Positions 1 through 10,435 are shown, counted from the stretch's first letter. The stretch: 64,000 nucleotides of DNA from an uncultured Phycisphaerales bacterium (GCA_963758525.1 CAVWVQ010000003.1:3904001-3968000); one strand, 5' to 3'. Numbers and translations are program-made. Notes: a model not told the origin generated them from the sequence alone.

Positions 1-2
1 CG

Positions 3-821
3 GACGTCTGGCTGAGTCCCAGGCTCTTTGAACTTGACGCGCATCTGGAGCCTCGCGCCGTGGCGGGGGTGCCGCCCGACATGTTTTCCAAGACGGGACA
101 GCGCTGGGGCAATCCGCTCTACAACTGGAAAGAGATGGCCAGGGACGGATACGCCTGGTGGAAAGCCCGCCTGCGGGCCGCGCTGCTCCAGGCGGACATG
201 GTGCGCATCGATCATTTTCTGGGGCTCTCATCCTATTGGCGCGTCCCCGCCAGTTGTCCCACCGCCGAGTCCGGGAAGTGGGTGAAAGGCCCCGGCACGC
301 AGTTGCTGCAAGCGCTGCGAGCGGAGTATCCCGCACTTCCGCTGCTGGCCGAGGATTTGGGTCTGGTGACGCCGGCGGTCGAGCAACTTCGCGATGATTT
401 CAATTTGCCGGGAATGCGCGTCCTTCAATTTGGACTCCCCGCCGAGCCGGGCAATTCGCACGTGCCGCATAACTATATTCACCACTGCTTCGCCTACACC
501 GGCACCCACGATAACGACACCAGCGCCGGCTGGTACCAGTCGCTCTCCAGCAAGCACAAGTTGAAAGTGCAGCAATACGCCCCCGATCCGCTTTGGAAAA
601 CCGCGCCCGCCTCGGCAATGATCCGCATCCTCAGTGCTTCGGTTGCCGGCCACATCATCGTTCCTCTCCAGGACCTCCTGAACCTCGGCAGCGCAGCCCG
701 AATGAACACTCCCGGCACCAGCCAGCACAACTGGCAATGGCGCTGCGAAGACTTCGCCCGCTGCAAAGAGCCAATGGCACGTCTGGCTGCAATCACGAGC
801 CTCTATGAGAGGCACGTTTAG
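3..821 (+). CDS. malQ: 4-alpha-glucanotransferase (amylomaltase, GH77), 5'-truncated by the window edge
   Basis: Motifs AGVPPD, GQRWGNP, RIDHF, AEDLG, YTGTHDNDT, RMNTPG...NWQWR. The frame stays open to the window start. Confidence 0.93.
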   Translation, partial: DVWLSPRLFELDAHLEPRAVAGVPPDMFSKTGQRWGNPLYNWKEMARDGYAWWKARLRAALLQADMVRIDHFLGLSSYWRVPASCPTAESGKWVKGPGTQLLQALRAEYPALPLLAEDLGLVTPAVEQLRDDFNLPGMRVLQFGLPAEPGNSHVPHNYIHHCFAYTGTHDNDTSAGWYQSLSSKHKLKVQQYAPDPLWKTAPASAMIRILSASVAGHIIVPLQDLLNLGSAARMNTPGTSQHNWQWRCEDFARCKEPMARLAAITSLYERHV

Positions 822-850
822 TCCGCGTATGTGAGCCCCTGGCCTTTAAA

Positions 851-938
851 CTTTTTCATTTTTCATTTTTCATTTTTCATTCTCTGCTCGGGGCGGGGAG
901 AATGGAAAATGAAAAGTGGAAAATGAAAAACGAAAAAG
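851..938. repeat. Inverted pair of heptamer tandem repeats, (TTTTTCA)n ... (TGAAAAA/TGGAAAA)n
   Basis: Read directly. A related inverted pair lies at 40835-40921 and shares the flank TTAAACTTTTTCA. Confidence 0.85.
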
Positions 939-965
939 TAAGGGATTCACTGTCGACACTCCCCA

Positions 966-1009
966 CCTGAAACCTGAAACCTGAACCCTGAACCCTGAAC
1001 CCCGAACCC
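966..1009. repeat. Heptamer tandem repeat (CCTGAAA/CCTGAAC) x6
   Basis: cctgaaa cctgaaa cctgaac cctgaac cctgaac cccgaac, next to the stop codon of the CsgG-like gene. Confidence 0.85.
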
Positions 1010-2076
1010 TAATCCATCGTCTCCGCCAGATGCTGCAGCATTCGAATTCCCACGATCCGCCCGGCTTTTTGCAGCGCCGTTTTGCCCGCAATGTTTTCCG
1101 CGAGATCGACCGCCCGCGTCGTTTCGCGATCCGTGTAGACAATTTTGCCGCTGTTGCGATTGGAGATTTTCACTTCGATTCGAGCCTCGCAACTGACAAG
1201 GTCGCCGATGCGGGCGGCAAACTCGCTGAATGCCTCGCCGCTCACAATCAGCTTGACTCCGCCGTTGGCCTGGTCTCGCGCATCATCATCGATGATCGTG
1301 AAACCGCACTCGCCGAAGACGCTGCGGATCTCCGTCTCGGCGGCGGGATCGAGCTTCGCGAGCGGCGCTGGCGAGATGTGTCGTTCCTGGATCTGGATCG
1401 AAACCTTCGGCAGCTTCTTCCCGGCAAACAGCTTCTTCAGCTCCGGCAGCGGGTCCTTCCCCGCGTCCGGCTGCGCCACCAGCTTCGGACCCGCTTCGCG
1501 AAGCCGCGCTGCCACTTTCTCGGAGAGCTTCATCAGCAGATCGCCAACGTCCGCGTCCTTGTCCCCTTTTACAAGTACCCCATCCACCAGGCTCGTCTCA
1601 GTCCCGATCAGCTTGGCGGTAAAGAACAGTTGCTTGTCGAGCGGAAACACCTTTCCCGTGATCAAAATGCGGGCGCCGACGAGCTTGCCAATCTGGATCG
1701 CCTGGCCCGACGTGACCAGCCCGGTGCGATTCAGCTCGGTTTCCGCCAGGGTGTGCGCAATCGAGGCGCGGTCCACCAGGACAAACCCGGGTTCACCGCT
1801 CAATGTGGCCGTCAGCGCTTCGCCGATCTGCTTGCCAAGCTCCGGATTTGCGGAACTGGAATCGAAGTCCAGCACTGCGATCGTCAACGAATCCCTGGTG
1901 ACGCCATCGGAACTGTTTGATGCCGGCGATGTCGTTGCCGGCGATGTTGTCGCTGTCGTCGTCGGTGACGTCGTCGCACCCTCCGCCGCTGGCGGCGCAG
2001 AAGCGGCGATGGGGTTGCTCAGGGGCCACGCCAGCAGGCAAACCAGAGTCCCTATCGGCAATTGTCTGCAACTCAT
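1009..2076 (-). CDS. Secreted CsgG/HfaB-like (TolB-N-like) domain protein
   Basis: Signal peptide, Thr/Ser linker, then IAVLDF...LVDRASI...E...GLV...IGKLVGARILITG. ATG 2076 overlaps the upstream stop (ATGA). Confidence 0.7.
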   Translation of the reverse strand: MSCRQLPIGTLVCLLAWPLSNPIAASAPPAAEGATTSPTTTATTSPATTSPASNSSDGVTRDSLTIAVLDFDSSSANPELGKQIGEALTATLSGEPGFVLVDRASIAHTLAETELNRTGLVTSGQAIQIGKLVGARILITGKVFPLDKQLFFTAKLIGTETSLVDGVLVKGDKDADVGDLLMKLSEKVAARLREAGPKLVAQPDAGKDPLPELKKLFAGKKLPKVSIQIQERHISPAPLAKLDPAAETEIRSVFGECGFTIIDDDARDQANGGVKLIVSGEAFSEFAARIGDLVSCEARIEVKISNRNSGKIVYTDRETTRAVDLAENIAGKTALQKAGRIVGIRMLQHLAETMD

Positions 2077-3104
2077 AATTGACCTCCAGGCAAGAGCAGA
2101 ACGCTTGCCGGCGGCGGGGGCCCGGCGGGCCGGGTCGATGCCCGCTGGCTGGGCCTGGGCGTGGGCTCGGGAGGTGAGAGCAGATAATCCATGGCGTTGA
2201 CCAGCAGCAGTTGTGCCCGAGGATCCTTCGTCCATTCCGTCAGCGGGAGCTGGCAAATAACAATCCGCCCTTTTCCAACCGCCTTGCTGACCAGCAGCGC
2301 GTCGATGGAAACCGGCGCCGTACCCGGAACCTCGCGCGGCCACGCCGCGATCGCCAGTGCCGGTTCATCGGCAGGCAGACGCACGGGCAAAAAACTCTCC
2401 GCCGCGCCTGCGATCGACTTCAGCATTGTCGCATCCATTCCGCGAAGCAGCGCATGATCCGCAAGCCATTCCAGGCGCACCGGAGCATTTCGCCGCACGA
2501 GGTCATAGCCGTCCACAGTGTCGCTGCGCCCCTGATAAAAAAACATGACCGATGCGCCCGCGTGCGCCAGCTCAATGAGCGGCCCGGCCGTGAATGGCGA
2601 ATCGTCGAGCATATCAGATCCAACCAACACCGCTTGCGGCCGCAGAAACGCGAGCTTGGAAAGATTCGTCACCCGTGTATACGCTGCCTTTGCCTGATCC
2701 AGCGCGCCGCTTAAACCCTCCCCGTTGTCCCATACCGCGATTCGGCTCCGCCCGATGCGCCGGTTCAAACCATCTAACAAGGAGCTGGGGAAAATCTCGA
2801 TCGGCGTCTCGCCGTGGTCGAGCTCCTTCCCCCCCGCGTGCGCTGTCAGCGTGTATTTCCATCGCATGGTCACCGGCACGCGAACCTCGGGCGGCGTAAG
2901 GCGAATTTCCGTCGTTCCGGGGTCCGGCAGCATCGCGGTGTTCCCCCAAGCCACCCTGGTCCCGCCCAGCTCCAGTTCCCACCTCAGATCTGCAGCGGGC
3001 TGCCCCCCCCTCGCAGCCCACTGCAGACCGATGTCGTTTTGATCGCCACCAATCCAAAAGCCCTGATGGGAAAGTAGAATGATGACGACGACTGCCCCGC
3101 TCAC
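2073..3104 (-). CDS. Hypothetical exported protein in the ECF sigma operon
   Basis: GTG 3104 overlaps the anti-sigma stop (GTGA). Hydrophobic N-terminus; C-terminal GKGRIVICQL motif. Confidence 0.65.
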   Translation of the reverse strand: MSGAVVVIILLSHQGFWIGGDQNDIGLQWAARGGQPAADLRWELELGGTRVAWGNTAMLPDPGTTEIRLTPPEVRVPVTMRWKYTLTAHAGGKELDHGETPIEIFPSSLLDGLNRRIGRSRIAVWDNGEGLSGALDQAKAAYTRVTNLSKLAFLRPQAVLVGSDMLDDSPFTAGPLIELAHAGASVMFFYQGRSDTVDGYDLVRRNAPVRLEWLADHALLRGMDATMLKSIAGAAESFLPVRLPADEPALAIAAWPREVPGTAPVSIDALLVSKAVGKGRIVICQLPLTEWTKDPRAQLLLVNAMDYLLSPPEPTPRPSQRASTRPAGPPPPASVLLLPGGQL

Positions 3105-3970
3105 GGCGTCCCTCCCGACGAAAGCCGCGCTCGCGCGAAACCGACATTCAACACGTATTTCCCCGAGACCGTCGAAAGCTCCCCGGCCGTGCGCTTCTCC
3201 CCCGATTGCAGCCGCAAATCGGTCGACAACGCCGCCAGCGGCTCGGAGCCGGTCGGTTTGCGGATTTCCGCCCACAGCGAAAGATGCGTCGGTTCATCAA
3301 TCGACGTCCCCACCCGGTAGTGAAGCGATGTGCCGTTCTCCAGCGGCACCGTGAGGTTGGCGGTCTGCCCGGGAATTGCCACCAGGTCCGCCTCCGACAC
3401 CTTTTCGCCCCCGGCAAGCAATGAAAATCGGAGCAACAACACTTTGTCCGCGTCGACCGCGCGATCAGCCACGCCAACATCCGATGCCCGGTCCGAAACC
3501 AGGATCCACCCCGCCCGGCCCTCCAGCACCTGCGACACCTCGTGAAACGCGCTCACTTCGTGCGTGATATCCCCGGGCGTAAACGACGCATCGCTCTCCC
3601 GCGGACGCGACGTCGCTCCCGTCATGGCCAGGCCCGAGGCGGGTGCTGATCGGCCGCCCTGCAGCCTTCCAAATTCAAATGCCCCGGCAACGATCAACAC
3701 CGAAGCGGCGATCGCCATCGGCCAGCGCCACGAATGACCGGTCGCAAGTGCTCTTGCCTCCAGCCGATCTTCAAACGCATCCCACCCGCCTTGCGGCGTC
3801 GCCTGATCGCCCGGCGAATCGAACGCGTCGCGAAAGACGTCGAAATCGCCGATTGCCTCCCGGCATTGGGCGCACGTTTCGAGATGCTTCAACGCCCTGG
3901 CGGCCCGCTCGCGATCAGCCGCTCCCCAGCCCAGTTCCAGCAGAGTTTCACGAATCGATTCACAGGTCAT
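3101..3970 (-). CDS. Zinc-finger (zf-HC2-like) transmembrane anti-sigma factor
   Basis: MTC...HLETCAQC motif, one TM segment (WPMAIAASVLIVAG), directly downstream of the ECF sigma. Confidence 0.8.
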   Translation of the reverse strand: MTCESIRETLLELGWGAADRERAARALKHLETCAQCREAIGDFDVFRDAFDSPGDQATPQGGWDAFEDRLEARALATGHSWRWPMAIAASVLIVAGAFEFGRLQGGRSAPASGLAMTGATSRPRESDASFTPGDITHEVSAFHEVSQVLEGRAGWILVSDRASDVGVADRAVDADKVLLLRFSLLAGGEKVSEADLVAIPGQTANLTVPLENGTSLHYRVGTSIDEPTHLSLWAEIRKPTGSEPLAALSTDLRLQSGEKRTAGELSTVSGKYVLNVGFARARLSSGGTP

Positions 3971-4526
3971 TGGATTCTCTTTCCGTCTCGCCCGTCACAC
4001 CTCGCCAGTCTGCCAGCAGCCCCCGCAACAGCTTCATTCCCAGGTGCATCTTTTTGGAAACCTCCGCCGCGCTGCATCCGAGCAGTTGTGCCGTTTCATT
4101 TCCCGACACCTTTTCGATGAGTCGCAGCACCACCACCAGCCGGATGTTTTCCGGAAGCCGTTCGATCGCCTTGAGCACGGCCTCCCGCACCTCAGCCAAC
4201 CCCGCTTCCGGCCCGACCGCGATCTCACTCACGGCCGCCGCATGTTCCTCCAGCACCCGCTGTTCCACCCGCTGGCGCTCGCGCACCCGCAGACTGTCGT
4301 TCAGCACGGTCCGCGCAAGCCAGCTCCGCAGTTTCGCCGCGTCCCTCAGTTGCGCGCGACCTTCCCACGCCGCGGCCAGCGCCCGTTGAACGCTATCCTC
4401 CGCGTCCGCGGCATTGCGCAGAACGCCATACGCAACGCGAAAAAACAGCCGCCCGTTGTGCCGAGCCTGATCGGCCAACAGGATCCGCCAATTCGCGTCC
4501 GACTCATGCCGCCCAAACAAACTCAC
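3960..4526 (-). CDS. ECF RNA polymerase sigma-70 factor (start uncertain: GTG 4526 or ATG 4583)
   Basis: Region 2 (AEDSVQRAL...SWLART) and region 4 (AIERLP...VVVLR...ETAQLLGCS...V). Confidence 0.85.
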   Translation of the reverse strand: MSLFGRHESDANWRILLADQARHNGRLFFRVAYGVLRNAADAEDSVQRALAAAWEGRAQLRDAAKLRSWLARTVLNDSLRVRERQRVEQRVLEEHAAAVSEIAVGPEAGLAEVREAVLKAIERLPENIRLVVVLRLIEKVSGNETAQLLGCSAAEVSKKMHLGMKLLRGLLADWRGVTGETERESNDL

Positions 4527-4707
4527 GCGGGCTGCCCTTCCCGTCTTGCCCCGCTCACGACATAAGAGCAGCGAGGCACGCATCTTTTTCCAAAAATCTT
4601 CGCCATCCGCAATTTCCCTCAAAGCCGGGGCCGGTGGGACCCGTCGTGCATTTGACGTTGCGTGCGGGGGAGCGATCAAGGCCATCTTCCACATACAGCC
4701 TTGATGA

Positions 4708-5839
4708 GTTTCAATCCACGCCCGTGAGGGGCGACTGACTGCTGGGCATCCAGCATCGCCGCTGAAACGCGTTTCGATCCACGCTCCCGTGAGGGAGCGA
4801 CGGGGGCGGTGCTGTTGCCGCTCTCCTTTAGAGCGTTTCAATCCACGCTCCCGTGAGGGAGCGACCAAGGGACACCCCGCCGAAAGACACCACAACAAGT
4901 TTCAATCCACGCTCCCGTGAGGGAGCGACGATGGAGAAGGCAAGCGCCGCGGTCGGGACGTTTCAATCCACGCTCCCGTGAGGGAGCGACTCTCGCCAGT
5001 CGTGTCCGATTTTGCAAACACGATGGTTTCAATCCACGCTCCCGTGAGGGAGCGACATGGTCATAGCCGGTGCGCACATACGTCCAAGATGTTTCAATCC
5101 ACGCTCCCGTGAGGGAGCGACGGGACGCCTATGTAATCGTCGCGTTCGCGAGATGTTTCAATCCACGCTCCCGTGAGGGAGCGACCTACGCTGCAGTGTC
5201 CGGCCTGCGGAGACATCGTGTTTCAATCCACGCTCCCGTGAGGGAGCGACTGGTGCCGGCGGTGCGTATCTCTGCTTCTCCGATGTTTCAATCCACGCTC
5301 CCGTGAGGGAGCGACATGTCCGCAGCCTGTTCAGCATTTGGCTGCTGCGTGTTTCAATCCACGCTCCCGTGAGGGAGCGACATGCGATCTCGCGGCTGAC
5401 GCCCATCTTGACGAGTTTCAATCCACGCTCCCGTGAGGGAGCGACCTCAACGTACTGTATCCGCTTGCTGGACATCGATCGCTGTTTCAATCCACGCTCC
5501 CGTGAGGGAGCGACAATCTGCTTCCTCGGCGACATGCCGTAGCTGGTGTTTCAATCCACGCTCCCGTGAGGGAGCGACCGTTTCAATTCCATGATGGAGC
5601 GGCCGTTTGCACGGTTTCAATCCACGCTCCCGTGAGGGAGCGACCCGCCGCGTTCGCCTCGATTCGCTCGCGTCGCATGTTTCAATCCACGCTCCCGTGA
5701 GGGAGCGACGCTGTCCACCGAAATGCTGATTTGCCAGTCTCCGGTTTCAATCCACGCTCCCGTGAGGGAGCGACCGCTCCGAAGCAGCCACCACGTCTGA
5801 CGTCAAAGGTTTCAATCCACGCTCCCGTGAGGGAGCGAC
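4708..5839 (-). CRISPR. Type I-C CRISPR array: 18 repeats (31 nt), 17 spacers (30-38 nt)
   Basis: Plus-strand repeat GTTTCAATCCACGCTCCCGTGAGGGAGCGAC starts at 4708 (degenerate, 28 nt), 4771 (1 mismatch), 4835, 4899, 4960, 5026, 5091, 5155, 5220, 5285, 5351, 5415, 5484, 5548, 5614, 5679, 5744 and 5809. It has the hairpin CGCTCCC-TCAC-GGGAGCG and an ATTGAAAC 3' end on the minus strand. The degenerate end is distal to cas2. Confidence 0.99.
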
Positions 5840-6026
5840 GCCTCTCTTGTATCCTCTGGGCGCTTCAGCGGCAAAACGCGTCTGCCCGCGTATGCGGGCA
5901 GACGCGTTGTCACACGACGTGGTGTGCATCACCGAATTTCTCTATTCACTTGTCAAAGAACGTGTTATCGCAATCGCGAAGGATGCGGGTCTGATGAAAG
6001 CGCTGGCGGTTCGCGAAATCGTAACT
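5840..6026 (-). promoter_or_regulatory. CRISPR leader
   Basis: Non-coding segment between the cas2 stop and the first intact repeat. It is more AT-rich and starts with TTCGCGAACC on the minus strand after cas2. Confidence 0.75.
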
Positions 6027-6317
6027 TTAGACGATCAATGGCCCCTGGAGGTCGGTCGATGGTTTGGCCCCGTGATGCTCAACGCGCCGGCGCCAGTTCG
6101 ATCCGAGATAGTAGAAGCGCAGGCTGTCCTCCTTGCCGTTGAAAATATCCAGCAATTGCAATTTCAGCGTCGCCCACTGCGCGGGGTCCACCTGGCACTC
6201 GAAAACAGAGTTCTGCACGCGCTGGCCGAAGTCGAGGCATGTTTTGGCGACGCGAGACAGCCGGCGACGGCCGATGGGAGTCGTGGTGGCGACGTCATAG
6301 GTTACCAATACCATCAT
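6027..6317 (-). CDS. cas2: CRISPR-associated endonuclease Cas2 (type I-C)
   Basis: MMVLVTYDV...[11 protein letters not shown]...DSLRFYYLG. Confidence 0.98.
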   Translation of the reverse strand: MMVLVTYDVATTTPIGRRRLSRVAKTCLDFGQRVQNSVFECQVDPAQWATLKLQLLDIFNGKEDSLRFYYLGSNWRRRVEHHGAKPSTDLQGPLIV

Positions 6318-6336
6318 ACGCGACGCTCCTGGCGGC

Positions 6337-7371
6337 TCATTTCCAGATGAAGGGCGGATACGCGTCCAGGTCGTTCCGCAGGTAGCGGGCCAGCAGCCGG
6401 GCCTGCAGGTGCGGGAGCAGGCCGACGCTCACCTTCTCGCCGAGAAACGGGTGCATCAGCTCCTCCTGCTTCCGTTTTTGATAGGCGACGAGAACCGCCT
6501 TGCGGGTGGCGTCGTTCATCATCACCGCGCCGTTCTCGGCGGTCTGGAATCCGCTGCCGGAAATCTGCCGGCGATTGATGAGCGATAGCGCCAGCCGGTC
6601 GGCGAGAAACGGGCGGAATTCTTCCATCAGGTCCAGCGCGAGCCCGGCCCGGCCGGGGCGATCGCGATGCAGGAATCCCACCTGCGGATCTAGGCCGACG
6701 GTCTGGCAGGCCGACCGCAGATCGTGGCCGAGCATCGCATAGAGGAACGAGAGCAGGGCGTTGACCGCATCAAGCGGGGGCCGGCGGTTTCGCGAACGGA
6801 AGACGAAATCCTCCTTCTGGGCGACGACCAGGTGGTCGAAGACTCCGAAGTAGCAGCTGGCCGAGTCCCCCTCGATTCCGCGGGCCGTGTCGAGCGAAAC
6901 CTCGGAAATGCGGAGTTGCTCGATGCTCTGGGCGAGGTACGCGGCGGCCTTTTCGATCTCGGCTTTGCCAAGGGTCTGCGGATAATCGCGCAGATGCCGC
7001 AGGAGCACCGACCGCGAGTTGGCCACTTTCGCGGCGATCATCGCGCGGGCGATGGCGGCGGATTGGGAATCAGATTCGGAGCGATGGTATTGCTCGCGGC
7101 GGAGCAGCACGTTACCGCTGACAAAGCCGCAGACCTGGGCGAGGAATTTGCCGTGGGAGCTGAGCAGGGAGATGCAGACGTCCCGCTCGCCGCAGAGTCC
7201 CATGAGCGATGGGCTGAGGCCGACCCGGCCGAAGCACACGATCCCGCCGAGCGTATGAATGGGGATGCGGAGTTTGGTTTGCTTCTCGACCCGCACGAGC
7301 AGCGCCTCCCCCTGGCGGGCGAGGTACGCGCCTTCGGTGGTGATGAAGAGGGTGTTGAGGTGCTGCTTCAT
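6337..7371 (-). CDS. cas1: CRISPR-associated endonuclease Cas1 (type I-C)
   Basis: [55 protein letters not shown]. Confidence 0.98.
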   Translation of the reverse strand: MKQHLNTLFITTEGAYLARQGEALLVRVEKQTKLRIPIHTLGGIVCFGRVGLSPSLMGLCGERDVCISLLSSHGKFLAQVCGFVSGNVLLRREQYHRSESDSQSAAIARAMIAAKVANSRSVLLRHLRDYPQTLGKAEIEKAAAYLAQSIEQLRISEVSLDTARGIEGDSASCYFGVFDHLVVAQKEDFVFRSRNRRPPLDAVNALLSFLYAMLGHDLRSACQTVGLDPQVGFLHRDRPGRAGLALDLMEEFRPFLADRLALSLINRRQISGSGFQTAENGAVMMNDATRKAVLVAYQKRKQEELMHPFLGEKVSVGLLPHLQARLLARYLRNDLDAYPPFIWK

Positions 7372-7452
7372 GTTCGGTGAATGGCCGCGATTACGCGCCC
7401 ATTCGTGTTTGCACGAGCACCACGGTTGGAAAACACGTGGTACTTCAATCAG

Positions 7453-8153
7453 TCAGGGCTCCCATTGCGACCGCGCCGGCCAGCGCCGGTCCAGGTATCG
7501 CGAAGCTCCGCTCATTCCCGGCATGCACAAGCCGATCAGCGAGCAACGCTCGCACTTGCCGCGCTCATAGATCGCCGGCGGCGTGATGCGCGAGGCAATC
7601 AGCGCATGCAGACGCGTGATGGTGTTTTCCGTGAGCTGCCGAAGCGACGCGTCGAATGGCACGTCGAGCCGCCGACGGGTCTTGCCGTAAAAGAGCGCTC
7701 CGGCGGGGATGGAGCAATCCAGCATTTCCTCGAGGCACAGCGCCTTGCGCAAAGCTGGACGCGATCCGCGTCGTGCGGCTTGGGCTTGCCGCGTTTGTAT
7801 TCAATCGGGAACGGGTTTCCCGGCGCGCCGGGACTCGGGGGTTGAGGACTTCCGTCATCCAGCACCGCGCTGTTGGGCACGGGTTGGAAACCCGTGGTAC
7901 GGCGGAATTCGACGACATCGGCTTTGCCGATCAGTCCCCATCGCAGAGAGCGGAGCGGGAGGGAGCGAACGATCCGCACGCCGCCGATGGTGGTGTGCTT
8001 CCCCGAGTCGGCTCGTTCGTGCAGATGCTTGCCATGCACGGTCAGGCTGTTCTCCGCCCACGCCTGCTCGATATGAATGAGCGCGCATTGCCGATCGCAG
8101 TAGATCAGGTGCTGCAATGCGGAGATGGGGAGGAGGTCGGATTCGGGGAACAT
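7453..8153 (-). CDS. cas4: Cas4 (frameshift near 7747, probably an assembly error)
   Basis: ISALQH..YCDRQ and EYKRGK...VQLCA in one frame; ALCLEEML...CERCSL..LCMP in the next. Adding one base restores QLCAQALCLEEM. Confidence 0.92.
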
Positions 8154-8167
8154 TTTTGCACTCGGTG

Positions 8168-10435
8168 CTAAATGACTGCTCCACCCGCGGCGACAAACGC
8201 ATCGGTGCGCAACACGCCAGCCATGATTCCGAGGAACTCAGCATCGTAGTCATCGTCCCATCCATACAATTCCCCGCGCCCAGGGAGAAGGTGTAATCCC
8301 AGCTTTTCGATCTTGGTCGCCCACAGTTGGACGCTTCCGCGCAAGAGCGCACGATAGCCAACCGGTTGAAATTGCATGAGTCGCTTCTTGAGTCGCTTAT
8401 CGACGACCACGAGCCTGGTGTCTGCAACGATGACTCGGCCGTGCTCCTTTACCGACGGATAGTCACGTTCCTTTTCAGCCTTCAACAGTTGGTCTGCCCC
8501 GAGGCCGCCCAGACGTGACAACTCGGTCCGCATCGCCTTCGTGACGATTTCCGCGGGCGTGCCGCCATCAAGCTCTCCGGTGATCAACATTTCGCGAAGC
8601 ACTTCTGCGGAAACCTTAGCCGCGGGATGTTGCGTCACGCCTGCGCCACCGAGAGCGAAGTCGTAGACGATCCCGCCACCGTCGGCGTCGTACTCGCCGT
8701 GGCGGTTTACGCGCCCCCCGACTTGGATGATCGAGGCCGCTGAGAATCGCTCGCGCAGCGCATTTCGGAACGACAGATCGACGCCAGCTTCTACACAGCT
8801 GGTTGCAACCAAGGTCCAATCTTGTTTAGGACTACCCAAACGACTCATCACTCGTCTCAGAATTCGCTCGCGGTCTCGCGGCGTGAGAGCCGTTGACAGG
8901 TGGAGAACATCCAAGTTGGCGTCGCGCATGCTCTTAGCGAGAACAGCGGCGTTCTGTACCGTGTTAACGATAATGAGACGTGGGCCGGGAATATCGCGGA
9001 TATGCCCGACCAGTTGATCGATGTCTACTGTGCGCCCCTCAGCCAGTCGGCTGTATTGGATGCGGTGACGCTCCGCTTTGAGGACATCAGTTGCTTGGTC
9101 GCGTGGCAGCAGTTCCGGCAGCCGCATCGGCTCGGACACAATTTCCGCATTTTCCCAAAATCGCGACAGGGAACCGCTTGCGAATGCGAAGCGGCAACCC
9201 CAGCGCTCGCCCAATTCCCGCATCCATCGCCAGTTCTGCGGCCAGAGCTTTGTGGGCAGCGCTGCGTGTGACTCGTCGATGAATATGGCGCTGCCGGGTA
9301 ACGCGTGCAACTTACGAAGTGATGCCGGATCGCACGCGGATAACGTCTCAAAGAAGCTCACGGCCGTGGTGAGGATGATTGGGGCCTGCCAAAGCACGGC
9401 AAGTTGGCGGTCCTCGTCGGATTCGAAGTCGGCCCGGTGGTGGTGCTCGACAATTACGCGATTCGGGCGTTCACCCCGAAGGACGAGAGCCTGTCTGAGA
9501 CGCTTTGCGGTTTGCGTCAGAATGTTTGTATAGGGGGCGACGATGATCAATCGGCGAAGGGTGGGACGCTCATCGCGCGCTAGACGAATGAGATAGGCGG
9601 CAACCGCAGTGGTCTTACCGAGGCCAACTGGACCCTCGCAGGCGACCATTGGTCCGGCTAATGTCGAATGTAGGCACGCATCGAAGAACGCGGCCCGGCG
9701 GCAATTGCGCGCACGTTCAGCATCGCCATCTCCTGTGGGCAAGCTGCGCGCGTAACTGCAAAGCGCTTCGAGCCGCTCAGCCCATCGGCACTGTGCGGGC
9801 GCGATTGGCGGTCGCCTGTTGTCGAAGAAAGCCGTATCCGTGTGGTCGGCATCAACGAGGCACGACAGCGCGAGCCGCAGCGACAGTCCGTGTATTGGTC
9901 GCCGTTTGGATACGACCTGCCGCCCGAGAACGGCTTCGTGATCGTGAAGGTATTGACTCAGGCGCGCGTTCGTTCTCGCGATCTGTTCGTTGTGCCGAAT
10001 AGGATCAATGTCGTCATGCCGCCTTCCCCGCAATCGGCGCCCGAGCTTGTCAGCATCAAAATGCTCTTGGTTCTGTGGTAATCCGGGAGCGTGGTGACCC
10101 CGGACGAGCCATGCAGCGGCCCAATCTTGCCCGGCGGACAGATGCGCTACCCCGGCGTCGATATGGTCCCATTTTAGCTTGCCGCCCGTCCGACCTTTTC
10201 GAAGCACCTTCTGAATGTCCGGGTCGAGCTTGCCAAGGTCGTGAAAGGTCGTGGCGGCTTCGATCGTCTGCACTAAATCAGAGGGCGGGTCGACCGCATG
10301 CCGGAGAAGCTCTTGAAGTCGATCGCTTGCGCCTCGGCGCACTGCGATAACATGCCGTGAATACGGATCGCCGGGCTCGCCACAGGTAGGTGGTGAGTGA
10401 GCAAGAGGGACGTGAGCGGTCGGCGCAGGCGTCAC
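8168..10435 (-). CDS. cas3: Divergent Cas3 (HD nuclease plus SF2 helicase)
   Basis: AHS, FHDLGK, GHHAPGLP and LVDADHTD HD motifs; GLGKT, DESH, VNTVQNA, VEAGVDLS and GRVNRHG helicase motifs. GTG start overlaps the cas7 stop. Confidence 0.93.
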   Translation of the reverse strand: MTPAPTAHVPLAHSPPTCGEPGDPYSRHVIAVRRGASDRLQELLRHAVDPPSDLVQTIEAATTFHDLGKLDPDIQKVLRKGRTGGKLKWDHIDAGVAHLSAGQDWAAAWLVRGHHAPGLPQNQEHFDADKLGRRLRGRRHDDIDPIRHNEQIARTNARLSQYLHDHEAVLGRQVVSKRRPIHGLSLRLALSCLVDADHTDTAFFDNRRPPIAPAQCRWAERLEALCSYARSLPTGDGDAERARNCRRAAFFDACLHSTLAGPMVACEGPVGLGKTTAVAAYLIRLARDERPTLRRLIIVAPYTNILTQTAKRLRQALVLRGERPNRVIVEHHHRADFESDEDRQLAVLWQAPIILTTAVSFFETLSACDPASLRKLHALPGSAIFIDESHAALPTKLWPQNWRWMRELGERWGCRFAFASGSLSRFWENAEIVSEPMRLPELLPRDQATDVLKAERHRIQYSRLAEGRTVDIDQLVGHIRDIPGPRLIIVNTVQNAAVLAKSMRDANLDVLHLSTALTPRDRERILRRVMSRLGSPKQDWTLVATSCVEAGVDLSFRNALRERFSAASIIQVGGRVNRHGEYDADGGGIVYDFALGGAGVTQHPAAKVSAEVLREMLITGELDGGTPAEIVTKAMRTELSRLGGLGADQLLKAEKERDYPSVKEHGRVIVADTRLVVVDKRLKKRLMQFQPVGYRALLRGSVQLWATKIEKLGLHLLPGRGELYGWDDDYDAEFLGIMAGVLRTDAFVAAGGAVI

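Noticed and set aside
4930..4959. Self-targeting spacer (GATGGAGAAGGC also occurs near 59208)
   Set aside because: Only about 12 nt match, which is expected by chance. I saw no full protospacer in the window, though a by-eye search is not exhaustive.
4838..5994. ORFs across the array, and the long N-terminal extension of the ECF sigma ORF to 4898
   Set aside because: These are translations of CRISPR repeats (recurring VAPSRERGLK / RSLTGAWIET).
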